IMG/VR virus record: IMGVR_UViG_3300042270_000679
DNA length: 34,777 bases
Strand: one strand, 5' to 3'
Origin: an uncultured virus (IMG/VR IMGVR_UViG_3300042270_000679)
Taxonomy: Duplodnaviria > Heunggongvirae > Uroviricota > Caudoviricetes
Each line of letters begins with the position of its first letter. The stretch's first letter is position 1. This document shows positions 18,535-26,827 of this stretch, one piece after another. Made by a program: the position numbers and the translations under genes. A model generated the notes under the pieces. The model saw nothing but the letters and a program-made list of their open reading frames with translations, was not told where the DNA came from and made no database searches.

Positions 18535-19687
18535 ATTTCTTTACCGCCTCTCGTAGTTCTTTATAACGGTCCAGCCATTCCCAGCGAGAAAGCGTTCCGC
18601 TGAAATGGCCATAGGTTGCTGTATCTGCATAAATGGGATCTCGCAAACTCAGCGTTTCGATGATCGCCGCTGGACGCAGGTTAAAAACCTCGAGGACCGC
18701 TTTGCGAAGAATCTCATCGGAAACAGTACCCGTACCGAAGGTGTCAATCTCTACCGCAACGGGGTCAGCCTTACCAATGGCATAGGAGATGGCCACCTGA
18801 CAGCGTTTGGCATAACCACACCTGACGATGTTCTTTGCGATAGCCCGTGCCATGTAGGCACCGGAGCGGTCAACCTTCGTCGGGTCCTTGCCGGAGAACG
18901 CACCACCGCCATGAGCAGCAAGGCCGCCATAGCTATCGACCATAATCTTTCGACCAGTCAAACCGGTGTCAGCTGCAGGTCCGCCCTCGACAAAACGGCC
19001 AGAGGGATTGATGAGGATTTCTGTGTCATCATCAAATGGGAACTTTTCAAACACTGGCCACAGCACTTGGGAGATGATATCGCTGCGGAGAACCTCCAGA
19101 TCCTTGTCAGCGCGGTGCTGCACAGAAACGACAATCGTCTTGATGCGTTTGGGTTTGTCGTTCTCATATTCAACTGTGACCTGTGCTTTTCCATCAGGAC
19201 CGATTCCTTTGATAACGCCATTTTTCATGGTGCTATCCAACTTCCGGCAGATATCATGAGCGTATACGAGAGGAAGCGGGAGTTTTTCTGCTGTCTCATC
19301 TGTGGCGTAACCGTAAACGGTACCCTGATCGCCAGCGCCAAGCATGGAATACCACGAAGTATCTCCAGCGCGGGATTCTAGTGCCCGATCCACGCCACCG
19401 GCGATGTCCTTGCTTTGCTGGTGGACGAACACAAACACCATGAACTTCCACGAGTTGTAGCCGACGTCCTCAAGGACTCTGCGAACCACCCAGCGGATGT
19501 CCACCTTCTTCGAGCAGGTGATTTCGCCCGCTACGATGATTTTGCCTTTAGTAGCCATGACCTCACAGGCCACGCGTGATGCTTTATCTTTGCGAAGACA
19601 CGCATCGAGAATGCTGTCGGCAATCAGGTCGCAGAGTTTATCCGGGTGACCTTTGCAGACACTTTCAGAAGTTTTGTATTTTTCCAT
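18524..19687 (-). CDS. metK: S-adenosylmethionine synthetase (phage-encoded)
   Basis: ESV..GHPDK, GAGDQG, DGKAQV, DTGLTGRKI, GGGAFSGKDPTKVDRSGAY motifs all intact. Confidence 0.96.
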   Translation of the reverse strand: MEKYKTSESVCKGHPDKLCDLIADSILDACLRKDKASRVACEVMATKGKIIVAGEITCSKKVDIRWVVRRVLEDVGYNSWKFMVFVFVHQQSKDIAGGVDRALESRAGDTSWYSMLGAGDQGTVYGYATDETAEKLPLPLVYAHDICRKLDSTMKNGVIKGIGPDGKAQVTVEYENDKPKRIKTIVVSVQHRADKDLEVLRSDIISQVLWPVFEKFPFDDDTEILINPSGRFVEGGPAADTGLTGRKIMVDSYGGLAAHGGGAFSGKDPTKVDRSGAYMARAIAKNIVRCGYAKRCQVAISYAIGKADPVAVEIDTFGTGTVSDEILRKAVLEVFNLRPAAIIETLSLRDPIYADTATYGHFSGTLSRWEWLDRYKELREAVKKYAD

Positions 19688-19688
19688 A

Positions 19689-20240
19689 TCATTTTCCTTT
19701 CCGGGCGGTTAAGAGCCGCTCCATCACATCATCCTGCGGATTCACTCCGCTGTATTCGCCGGTACAGTTTTCTTTTACGATCTGAAAAATCTCCATCCAC
19801 AGACGGTTCGTTTGGTTCATGTAGTTCTGGCCCATCGCCACATAGGGGCTTTGGATTGCATTGCCCGTAGTGGGGTGCTTCGCCAGAAAGCCGTACTCAG
19901 TGACTGCTTCCTCGCACTGAATCCAGCGGGCTACGCTCATGGCGTATCGCTCTAAAAGCTGTGGCGATACAAGCACCGCACAGCCACGCTCGTTCAGCCA
20001 CGTCCATGTGGATTTATATATTTCGCTCGCGACGAGTGTCTTACCGTCCTTCTGGACAGCTTCGAGCATCTTTGCTGGTTCCGGCATCACTTGACCGTTA
20101 AGGTCTGCCGTATCGGTAAACTCCATCACGGTCAGTTTTCTGCCGCCGGGATTACCTTCGGCTATTTTGTCAGCTAATGGCTTCTTTTTTGCGCCTGCGC
20201 CGACACGAGTGCCGCCACGATTGGTACCGTCTTTTGCCAA
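19689..20240 (-). CDS. terS: Terminase small subunit (P27 family)
   Basis: MAKDGTNRGG..GAGAK, KHPTTG..SPYV, DDVMERLL; follows the HNH/cos region; TTG start after AAGGAGGTG. Confidence 0.85.
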   Translation of the reverse strand: MAKDGTNRGGTRVGAGAKKKPLADKIAEGNPGGRKLTVMEFTDTADLNGQVMPEPAKMLEAVQKDGKTLVASEIYKSTWTWLNERGCAVLVSPQLLERYAMSVARWIQCEEAVTEYGFLAKHPTTGNAIQSPYVAMGQNYMNQTNRLWMEIFQIVKENCTGEYSGVNPQDDVMERLLTARKGK

Positions 20241-20304
20241 ATATCACACCTCCTTTTCGGGTAGGGGCTATACCCCCGTTTGAATATGCGTTTTTCAACA
20301 CGAA

Positions 20305-20315
20305 GCCCGACGCCG
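20305..20315 (-). other. Candidate cos (cohesive end) site CGGCGTCGGGC
   Basis: GC-rich core flanked by T/A runs in the HNH-terS gap, the usual location for 3'-cos sites. Confidence 0.4.
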
Positions 20316-20334
20316 CTGTCCGTTAAAAAAAGTT

Positions 20335-20703
20335 CTAGAGATTTGACCGCCCCCACCGGTCACCGCTCTCAGCAGTAATTCTGGAATGGCATGATTTGCA
20401 AAGGGCCATCAAGTTACTCGTTTCATTGCCGCCACCCATTGAGAGCGGCAGGATGTGGTGTACCTCTTCAGCCGGTGTGAGCTTGCCTTGCTTCAGGCAC
20501 TCTTCGCAGAGAGGATGCGCCTTGATGTAGCGGTCACGGATACGCTTCCAAGCACGACCGTAGCGTTTGTTGGACTTGGGGTCTCGCTCGTACTGGTTGT
20601 ACTGTTTGTCCACAACCTTTTGATGCTCGGCGCAGTATTGCTCACGCTCAGCGAGCCGACCGCAGCCGGGGTAGGCGCAGGGACGCTTTGGTTTATATGG
20701 CAT
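20335..20703 (-). CDS. Packaging-associated HNH endonuclease (gp74-like)
   Basis: CEEC..EVHHI..NLMALCKSCH motifs; directly upstream of terS. Confidence 0.92.
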   Translation of the reverse strand: MPYKPKRPCAYPGCGRLAEREQYCAEHQKVVDKQYNQYERDPKSNKRYGRAWKRIRDRYIKAHPLCEECLKQGKLTPAEEVHHILPLSMGGGNETSNLMALCKSCHSRITAESGDRWGRSNL

Positions 20704-20724
20704 GGGTTCACCTCCCTTTCGGGC

Positions 20725-20761
20725 ATAAGAAAAGCCCCACAGGATTTCTCCCGCGAGGCTT
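20725..20761 (-). terminator. Terminator-like hairpin before the HNH gene
   Basis: AAGCCTCGCGGGA-GAAA-TCCTGTGGGGCTT followed by TTCTTAT. Confidence 0.6.
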
Positions 20762-20775
20762 CGCCTATACTTTCT

Positions 20776-20826
20776 ATACTACCAGTATACAGTACTTGGC
20801 TATGACATCAACTCTCTTTTACTCTC
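20776..20826 (-). promoter_or_regulatory. Candidate activator-dependent late promoter
   Basis: TG-G-TAGTAT extended -10 at 20784-20776; GAGAGT direct repeats 10 bp apart at 20826-20821 and 20816-20811. Confidence 0.45.
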
Positions 20827-21235
20827 CACTTTCGTTGACTACGACTTTTCTTAAAGCCCAGTCACGCATTCGGTAAGTATGCTGGATGCTGTAGCCCATC
20901 TTGGCAGCAACTTCCTCCCATGTGCATCCGCAAAGGAAACGAAGTTCAAGTAGCGTCTGGTATTCCTTATTGTCCACGGCTTTGATGCTGGCAACAATCT
21001 GTCGTTTGATGTCTACCAGCCGGTGAATGTCACGATCAATTTCTGCCTGAAGATCTACAATCTTCACAACAGCATCCGCCATAGAAGATATGCTGTGGTT
21101 AGGATTGCGAGGCATGTCGCTGATGGTAGATGTGCATTTAGTGGCCAGCTCACTTAAGGAAGCAATCTGCTCTAATTTGCTGTCAATGCGAAGGTCCAGC
21201 CGGTAGGCTTGGCTCAGAAAATCCAGAGCTTTCAT
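20819..21235 (-). CDS. RinA/ArpU-like (DUF1492) late transcriptional activator, 138 aa
   Basis: MKALDFLSQAY start; C-terminal sigma-4-like HTH LLELRF..TWEEVAAKMGYS; last gene before the packaging module. Confidence 0.8.
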   Translation of the reverse strand: MKALDFLSQAYRLDLRIDSKLEQIASLSELATKCTSTISDMPRNPNHSISSMADAVVKIVDLQAEIDRDIHRLVDIKRQIVASIKAVDNKEYQTLLELRFLCGCTWEEVAAKMGYSIQHTYRMRDWALRKVVVNESGE

Positions 21236-21236
21236 G

Positions 21237-21518
21237 TTAGCCCACCTCCATATTTCTAACTTGACGCAGCAGAGTATCGCCATCCAAATTGGAAAGCAAT
21301 TCAAACCACCCAGAATGGAAGAAGCGTTCAACATCATCGCACTCACCTTCATTCTTAATAATATTTTCCCTCAAGATGCGCTTCCGCTTATCCTTCATGG
21401 CCTCCTCAGTATCAAGGTCTGGTGTGTGCGGGTGCCGCTTTAGGAAGTGAATTGCTTCCCGGTAGTCCTTGACTGCTTGGACAATAATTGCATTTACTAA
21501 ACTTTCATAGGGTTCCAT
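21237..21518 (-). CDS. Conserved hypothetical phage protein, 93 aa
   Basis: MEPYESLVNAIIVQAVKDYR..ERFFHSGWF signature; GGAGGT RBS. Confidence 0.75.
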   Translation of the reverse strand: MEPYESLVNAIIVQAVKDYREAIHFLKRHPHTPDLDTEEAMKDKRKRILRENIIKNEGECDDVERFFHSGWFELLSNLDGDTLLRQVRNMEVG

Positions 21519-21569
21519 AATCGTACCTCCGATAAATTTTGATTTCTCTCGGATTGGCACGGATTGTCT

Positions 21570-22943
21570 TTAGTTGACTCTCATTTGCAGATCAGCTTTG
21601 ACAGCATCTATTAGCGCCGACTGGCTTTTATCCTTTAAGTAAAGAGCCCGCAAAACGCGTTCATCAATAGTGCCTTTGGTAACGATGTGCTGCACCACAA
21701 CCGTTTCAGCTGTTTGGCCTTGTCTCCAAAGCCTCGCATTTGTTTGTTGATATAACTCTAATGACCAGGTAAGACCGAACCAGACAATGCAAGAGCCACC
21801 AGCCTGAAGATTTAAGCCATGACCTGCAGATGCGGGATGAATTAAGCCAACCGGTATTTCCTTGTTGTTCCACCTTCGAATACTTTCAGCGGTATCCAAC
21901 TTAGAAAATGAGACCTTTATGGTTTGAAGCTTTTCTACGATTCTTTCGTAGTCGTGCTTATACCAATAGGCTACAAGAATCGGTTTTCCGGCGGCTGCCT
22001 CAATAATATCCTCTAAGGCATCCAGTTTCTGATGATGGATGACCTCGGTTCCACCACTGTCGATATAAATGGCGCCATTGGCCATCTGGCAGAGTTTGTT
22101 GGAAAGTGCTGCAGCATTTGCCGCTGTTACCTCACCACCAGGCAGCTCCAGGACGAGGTCTTTTGCTAATTCGTCGTAGCGCTTTGCCTCTTTTTCAGAA
22201 AGCATGACCGCATATTCACTGCTGATCAGCTCAGGCATCTTCAGGTAATCCGTCGACTTCATAGAAATCGTAATGTCGGAGATTTTCTGGTAGATGCTTA
22301 GCTCCGCTCCGGGAAGTGGCTTGTAGCTGAAAATGATCTGGCCATTTCTCTTATCCGGCATAAAGTAGTTACTTCGAAATGCGGTGATGAACCTTCCAAG
22401 CCTAGCGCCCAGGTCCAGCAATTTAAACTCGGCCCATAAATCCATTAGGCCATTGCTGCTTGGTGTTCCTGTCATCCCAATCATGCGTTTAACTTTTGGA
22501 CGCACCTTCATCAGTGACTTAAAGCGCTTGGCCTGATGATTTTTGAAGGAAGAAAGCTCATCGATAATAACCGTATCAAAATCAAATGGAAGCCCACTCT
22601 CATCAATAAGCCAGCAAAGATTCTCACGGTTGATGACATAGATATCTGCTGCAGCTTTTAACGCCTTAATCCGTTCAGCCGTATTTCCTACTGCAACAGA
22701 AACAATCAGATCGGATAGATGATCCCACTTTCCAATTTCAGCAGGCCAGGTATCTCTTGCCACTCGAAGCGGAGCTACCACCAACACCTTATGAGCTTCA
22801 AAATAATCAAACAGTAGGTTATTGATTGCAGTAAGGGCGATGCTTGTTTTTCCTAAGCCCATATCCAAAAGTACTGCCGATACCGGATGGGATTCGATGT
22901 AGTTTATCGCATACTTTTGATATTCATGTGGATTGTACTGCAT
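21570..22943 (-). CDS. SNF2-family DEAD/DEAH helicase
   Basis: DMGLGKT, IIDELS, TGTP, GHGLNLQ, QTNARLWRQGQ motifs. Confidence 0.95.
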   Translation of the reverse strand: MQYNPHEYQKYAINYIESHPVSAVLLDMGLGKTSIALTAINNLLFDYFEAHKVLVVAPLRVARDTWPAEIGKWDHLSDLIVSVAVGNTAERIKALKAAADIYVINRENLCWLIDESGLPFDFDTVIIDELSSFKNHQAKRFKSLMKVRPKVKRMIGMTGTPSSNGLMDLWAEFKLLDLGARLGRFITAFRSNYFMPDKRNGQIIFSYKPLPGAELSIYQKISDITISMKSTDYLKMPELISSEYAVMLSEKEAKRYDELAKDLVLELPGGEVTAANAAALSNKLCQMANGAIYIDSGGTEVIHHQKLDALEDIIEAAAGKPILVAYWYKHDYERIVEKLQTIKVSFSKLDTAESIRRWNNKEIPVGLIHPASAGHGLNLQAGGSCIVWFGLTWSLELYQQTNARLWRQGQTAETVVVQHIVTKGTIDERVLRALYLKDKSQSALIDAVKADLQMRVN

Positions 22944-23205
22944 CTAAAATCCCTCCAATCTGACTCTCGTCGTCTAGTATGAATACTGAAAATCCTAATC
23001 CTCTAAGAAGTTTGTGCCTTGCCATCTGTAATGGACGCGGGCGTTTGCTAGTGGCCTTTACTTCAACAAAGGCTATCTTTCCATCAGGCATTAGAAGGAT
23101 TCGATCCGGCATACCATCAAAGCCTGGAGATACAAACTTGACTGCCAGCCCACCACGCTTTTTTGCTTCCAAAGCTAACTTCTTTTCAATCTCTTTTTCT
23201 CTCAT
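22924..23205 (-). CDS. VRR-NUC domain nuclease
   Basis: EKEIE..GMPDR..FVEVK..Q motif. Confidence 0.9.
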   Translation of the reverse strand: MREKEIEKKLALEAKKRGGLAVKFVSPGFDGMPDRILLMPDGKIAFVEVKATSKRPRPLQMARHKLLRGLGFSVFILDDESQIGGILDAVQST

Positions 23206-23228
23206 TGTCGTACCTCATCAAAATTTTA

Positions 23229-23334
23229 TGGTGGTGGTCGTTATACTCATTTCATAAAACCCCCTATAGGCTATTTTTTACTTAAAAAACTCTCTATAGG
23301 GACTTTTTGTATATGAGTATAACGAGGGTCACCA
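23229..23334. repeat. 106-bp imperfect palindrome, candidate replication origin
   Basis: Perfect arms TCGTTATACTCAT (23238-23250) / ATGAGTATAACGA (23313-23325), inner CTATAG pair and T/A runs, centre 23281-23282. Confidence 0.8.
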
Positions 23335-23345
23335 GTGACAGTCGG

Positions 23346-25604
23346 TTATGGTTGATTCAGAAAATCTTCATCTTTTACACGTACTCCATAGATGAAAGAG
23401 CCACTCTTTGTCTTTTTACGAGTAAAGCCCGCGAGTTCAACTGCTGCATAAAAATCGGTCGTGCTTCTCGTATACTCACCATTTCGTGAACAGTAATTAC
23501 GATATTCTTGATAGAAGGCACCGGACTTCTGCGAATAGTCCGGACCGATTTCGCAGCAATCCTCAAGGAAGTTTGCCATCCAGTCATTGTTCTCTCTATA
23601 GGTATCAATCGCCTTACGAACACACTCAGGCGGCGATAAGTGAAAGTTCTTACGTATTGCCTTCATCGCTCCCTCAACAATCCAGCTAAGGATATAAGGA
23701 CCTGCCTCATTGAAGAGGTGGTCAGCATAATTTTTCATATCACTGCTACCTTCGATCTTTGCATCGAATGGAATGACAATCATACGACGCCACGTTCCTG
23801 CATCATTGGCCCCTACACGGGGTAAATGGTTTGTATAAAGCACAAGTGTATGCGAAGGGGTGAACCTGAATGGGTCTTTGTACTTTTTTTCAGCTGTAAT
23901 CTCGTCTGTAGAACAAAGTTGTTTAATGATGGAAGTATTAAGACGCATGCCCTCCTCAAGCTCTGCCGCGATGATGAGACGCTTGCCCTTAAGCTCTGCC
24001 ATTTCAGGCTTCACGTTTCTACGACAACCTACCGTTAAAGTGTCTGCAGACAAGGAACCGGAATAAGTACCAAGCACCCTGGATATGGTATTCCAGAAGG
24101 TGGATTTCCCATTGCGCCCTTCCCCATAAGCAATGATGATTGCCTCCAGGTAAACCTTACCGATGGCAGCAAGGCCAACAATCTGTTGGACGTATTCGAT
24201 AAGCTCAGCATCATTACAAAAGAAAGTGCGAAGAGCTTGTTGCCAGATATCCTTGCCCTCTTCACCAGGCTTACTATTGGTCTGCTTCGTAATGAAGTCA
24301 GCGGCTTCTGGAAGCCTACTTTCACCCGTTTTAAGATCAATCGTTGCACCGGGTGTATTAAGTAAAAACTCATCTTTATCTAACTCTGAAACGCTGTGCT
24401 GCAGCATCGGTTTTGCCGCCTGAAGAGCTGCCATCACATATTTCATATCGCGACGCTTCAGCACAAACTTCTTATAAATAGTCGCCGCGGTATACAACCC
24501 ATAAGCTGTTTGCTGTTCTTCGTTCATATCTCCCAGGCCCTTGCCGGTAATGACAGCTATTTTTTCTAGACCCGCTTTAATACAGGATTCCAGTGTTGAT
24601 GCAACTTGTGATTCAGCGTCAGCAAGCTGTTCATCAAGGAACTCCTCCATAGCACCGACGGCCTTCTGCTTTGACTCCACCCATTTTTCACCGTCATACC
24701 TTAAAAAATCGGTAGCCTCGGTGAAGCAAAGCTCTGCATCATATTCGCGAGCAAGCACTTTGGCCTGTCCAATATCGGAGTAGTCTGTGGGTTTTAATGA
24801 AGCGTCACTAAAATCTTTGTTAAAATCCTCCGGTGCTACATATCCTTCTTGATCCTGAACCTTTTTAGCAAACTTCACCGCGCTATTCCATATAGTAGTC
24901 AGTTCACTCTCCTCGATTGATGTCTCGCACTTTTCTGCTTCCTTTAAGAAAAGGTCATGCGCTTTATCTCCAATACCATAACGTTTCAAAACTCTGCCTG
25001 CGTAATGCGACAGGGTTTTATTACGTCTGCCTGCTGGAATAACGGAGTTGTTTGTCACAGCTTCGTCAAAATCCTCGTCGACATCTTCAAGCACATCAAG
25101 GACTGAGAGCCAGCCTTCATGCCAGATCACTTCGCCCGTCTCAGCACCATAAATGAACCGGGCTGCATCGAGTGCATTATCATCGAAGAAGGTAAACTGA
25201 GCATGGATTGCTTTCTTTAAATTGGCATACTTATCTGCATTCGCTACGACGTCAATTGAGAAGTAGACATGAAACTTTGGCCTTGCTGTTTTACCGTCCT
25301 TCGGAAGCATATTGTTGCGGCTAGGTGCAATTGCATAGGATATATCCGGCATCAGTTCATCAAGAGTAGCCGGCGTTATCCATTCAGCAGGATCATCGCT
25401 TTGCTCGTTATCACAATCCATAACGATAACATCAGACTTGATGAAGTTATCTGCACTGCGGTAGTTGTTCGCATACTCCGCACAAACGTGGTCTACCTTC
25501 ACCGCTTCCTTCAGTTCTTCCACCGAGGTAACCACCCGTTTATTTGGATAGAGGCAGTTCTTCTGATTGCCGGTGCAGTTTGCGGTACAGATCGTTAATT
25601 GCAT
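23346..25604 (-). CDS. P4-family primase/helicase (primase N-terminus, PriCT, D5-like SF3 helicase)
   Basis: DCDN and KFHVYF primase motifs, GRRNKTL PriCT, GEGRNGKST Walker A, TNHLP, WRR motifs. Confidence 0.93.
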   Translation of the reverse strand: MQLTICTANCTGNQKNCLYPNKRVVTSVEELKEAVKVDHVCAEYANNYRSADNFIKSDVIVMDCDNEQSDDPAEWITPATLDELMPDISYAIAPSRNNMLPKDGKTARPKFHVYFSIDVVANADKYANLKKAIHAQFTFFDDNALDAARFIYGAETGEVIWHEGWLSVLDVLEDVDEDFDEAVTNNSVIPAGRRNKTLSHYAGRVLKRYGIGDKAHDLFLKEAEKCETSIEESELTTIWNSAVKFAKKVQDQEGYVAPEDFNKDFSDASLKPTDYSDIGQAKVLAREYDAELCFTEATDFLRYDGEKWVESKQKAVGAMEEFLDEQLADAESQVASTLESCIKAGLEKIAVITGKGLGDMNEEQQTAYGLYTAATIYKKFVLKRRDMKYVMAALQAAKPMLQHSVSELDKDEFLLNTPGATIDLKTGESRLPEAADFITKQTNSKPGEEGKDIWQQALRTFFCNDAELIEYVQQIVGLAAIGKVYLEAIIIAYGEGRNGKSTFWNTISRVLGTYSGSLSADTLTVGCRRNVKPEMAELKGKRLIIAAELEEGMRLNTSIIKQLCSTDEITAEKKYKDPFRFTPSHTLVLYTNHLPRVGANDAGTWRRMIVIPFDAKIEGSSDMKNYADHLFNEAGPYILSWIVEGAMKAIRKNFHLSPPECVRKAIDTYRENNDWMANFLEDCCEIGPDYSQKSGAFYQEYRNYCSRNGEYTRSTTDFYAAVELAGFTRKKTKSGSFIYGVRVKDEDFLNQP

Positions 25605-26047
25605 TTTGTAACCTCCTCCAACTCCTCGGTAAAATAGCGGATCGTCATGCGACGCTTCTTGGCTTTATCAATCTCGCGCTGCATACCATTTGTAATCGTC
25701 TCGCCAAACACCCACAGTTCATTGCATTTACCTAAGAAGACTATGTCCATGAACAGTGCAAGCTCTCGTTCTTCCGGATCATCATCTGAAAGATACAAAG
25801 GTAATAGTAGGTGTGGTGCAAAGGCAATGGCATCTCTCTCCATAACAGCGAAGCGGCTATAAAGCTTGGCCCTTTCCGTATTTTTCTCTACATCACCTGC
25901 ATACGGCGAGCAGATATACACGAGCGGTTTGAAGGTCTTGTTTTCTTTTTTAATGTTGGTCAGTGCCTGGTATGCGGTAGGATCGGAATAACCTTCACTG
26001 TTCTTCTTGTCCACTCCGCCGGTGCCGTATTTCATTTGTTCGTTCAT
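25595..26047 (-). CDS. DUF4406 / nucleoside deoxyribosyltransferase-fold protein
   Basis: VYICSPYAG, APHL, CNELWVFG..GMQREI motifs; KNSEGYSDPTAY N-terminus. Confidence 0.75.
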   Translation of the reverse strand: MNEQMKYGTGGVDKKNSEGYSDPTAYQALTNIKKENKTFKPLVYICSPYAGDVEKNTERAKLYSRFAVMERDAIAFAPHLLLPLYLSDDDPEERELALFMDIVFLGKCNELWVFGETITNGMQREIDKAKKRRMTIRYFTEELEEVTKCN

Positions 26048-26095
26048 AAGCGAACCTCCTTATAAAGATTCGAGCGGCATAAAAGTCCCTCTAAC

Positions 26096-26128
26096 AGTCC
26101 CAGGACAGAAACCTCCACTTTGAACGAA
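26096..26128 (-). promoter_or_regulatory. Bipartite motif TTCGTTCA-N13-TGTCCTGGGACT, copy 1 (faces the primase operon)
   Basis: Exact boxes and 13-nt spacer. Confidence 0.75.
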
Positions 26129-26162
26129 CTTTTAAGAATTAATTTTTCTTCCTTATATAAAC

Positions 26163-26196
26163 GACAGCAGACATGAAAAATCTGCTGTCTTTTTTT
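26163..26196 (+). terminator. Hairpin with T-tract between the divergent motifs
   Basis: GACAGCAGA-9nt-TCTGCTGTC followed by T7. Confidence 0.55.
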
Positions 26197-26227
26197 CGTT
26201 CATTTCCGTTTTAAGTGTCCTGGGACT
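26195..26227 (+). promoter_or_regulatory. Bipartite motif, copy 2 (faces the polymerase operon)
   Basis: TTCGTTCA-TTTCCGTTTTAAG-TGTCCTGGGACT. Confidence 0.75.
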
Positions 26228-26274
26228 AGTGAAGGACATGAAAAATGTGTGGCCCGAAAAAATCAAAATCGTTT

Positions 26275-26307
26275 TTCGTTCAAACCACACAAAACTGTCC
26301 TGGGACT
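26275..26307 (+). promoter_or_regulatory. Bipartite motif, copy 3
   Basis: TTCGTTCA-AACCACACAAAAC-TGTCCTGGGACT, 80 bp after copy 2. Confidence 0.75.
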
Positions 26308-26349
26308 ATTAGAGAGGGAATAACGCCTCTCGGGAAAGGAGGTAACAAC

Positions 26350-26517
26350 ATGCAGACACAGACCCCTGCAGAGGCTTCGAAAGACCAGCAGCTTGATGAA
26401 GAACTTGCTGACACTCTCACAGCCATCAGCGTTGTTTCCAAGAGACTGGCCCAGAAAATCAAGGCCTTGTCTGCAAAGGAACAAGAAAAAAAAGAAGGAG
26501 GTACTCCAAATGAGTAA
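26350..26517 (+). CDS. Small helical hypothetical protein, 55 aa
   Basis: AAAGGAGGT RBS before ATG 26350; LTAISVVSKRLA motif. Confidence 0.7.
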   Translation: MQTQTPAEASKDQQLDEELADTLTAISVVSKRLAQKIKALSAKEQEKKEGGTPNE

Positions 26518-26827
26518 GATGAGTGAACTGAATCAGGTTCTGTCTGAACTAAAGGACTGCGGACAAACCCTCATGAACATTGCGGACTCGATTACTGAGC
26601 TTTTCTCTAGCACATCGGCCATGCACGAAGCACCCGCTCCACCGAGAGAGGAACCGAAGCCAGCGTATTCGTTTGTGGAGATTCGGAAGAAGTTTGCAGA
26701 AATGTCCAGAGCCGGACACACAGATGCGCTTAAGGATCTGCTTAGAAAACACGGTGCAGACAAGCTCTCCAGCGTAGACCCGTCACAGTATGCCGCATTG
26801 CTTGCGGATGCGGAGGCAATTCAATGA
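26510..26827 (+). CDS. Conserved phage replication-module protein, 105 aa
   Basis: MSKMSEL start after AGGAGGT; LLRKHGADKLS.VDP..Y..LL.DAE motif; precedes DUF2800. Confidence 0.75.
   Translation: MSKMSELNQVLSELKDCGQTLMNIADSITELFSSTSAMHEAPAPPREEPKPAYSFVEIRKKFAEMSRAGHTDALKDLLRKHGADKLSSVDPSQYAALLADAEAIQ

Noticed and set aside
16267..19381. Long plus-strand ORFs (316, 211, 258 aa)
   Set aside because: Antisense shadows of well-supported minus-strand genes, with no recognisable motifs
26096..26307. Repeats as a mini CRISPR array
   Set aside because: Copies are bipartite with a variable internal spacer and one is inverted; this fits promoter or operator sites, not repeat-spacer units
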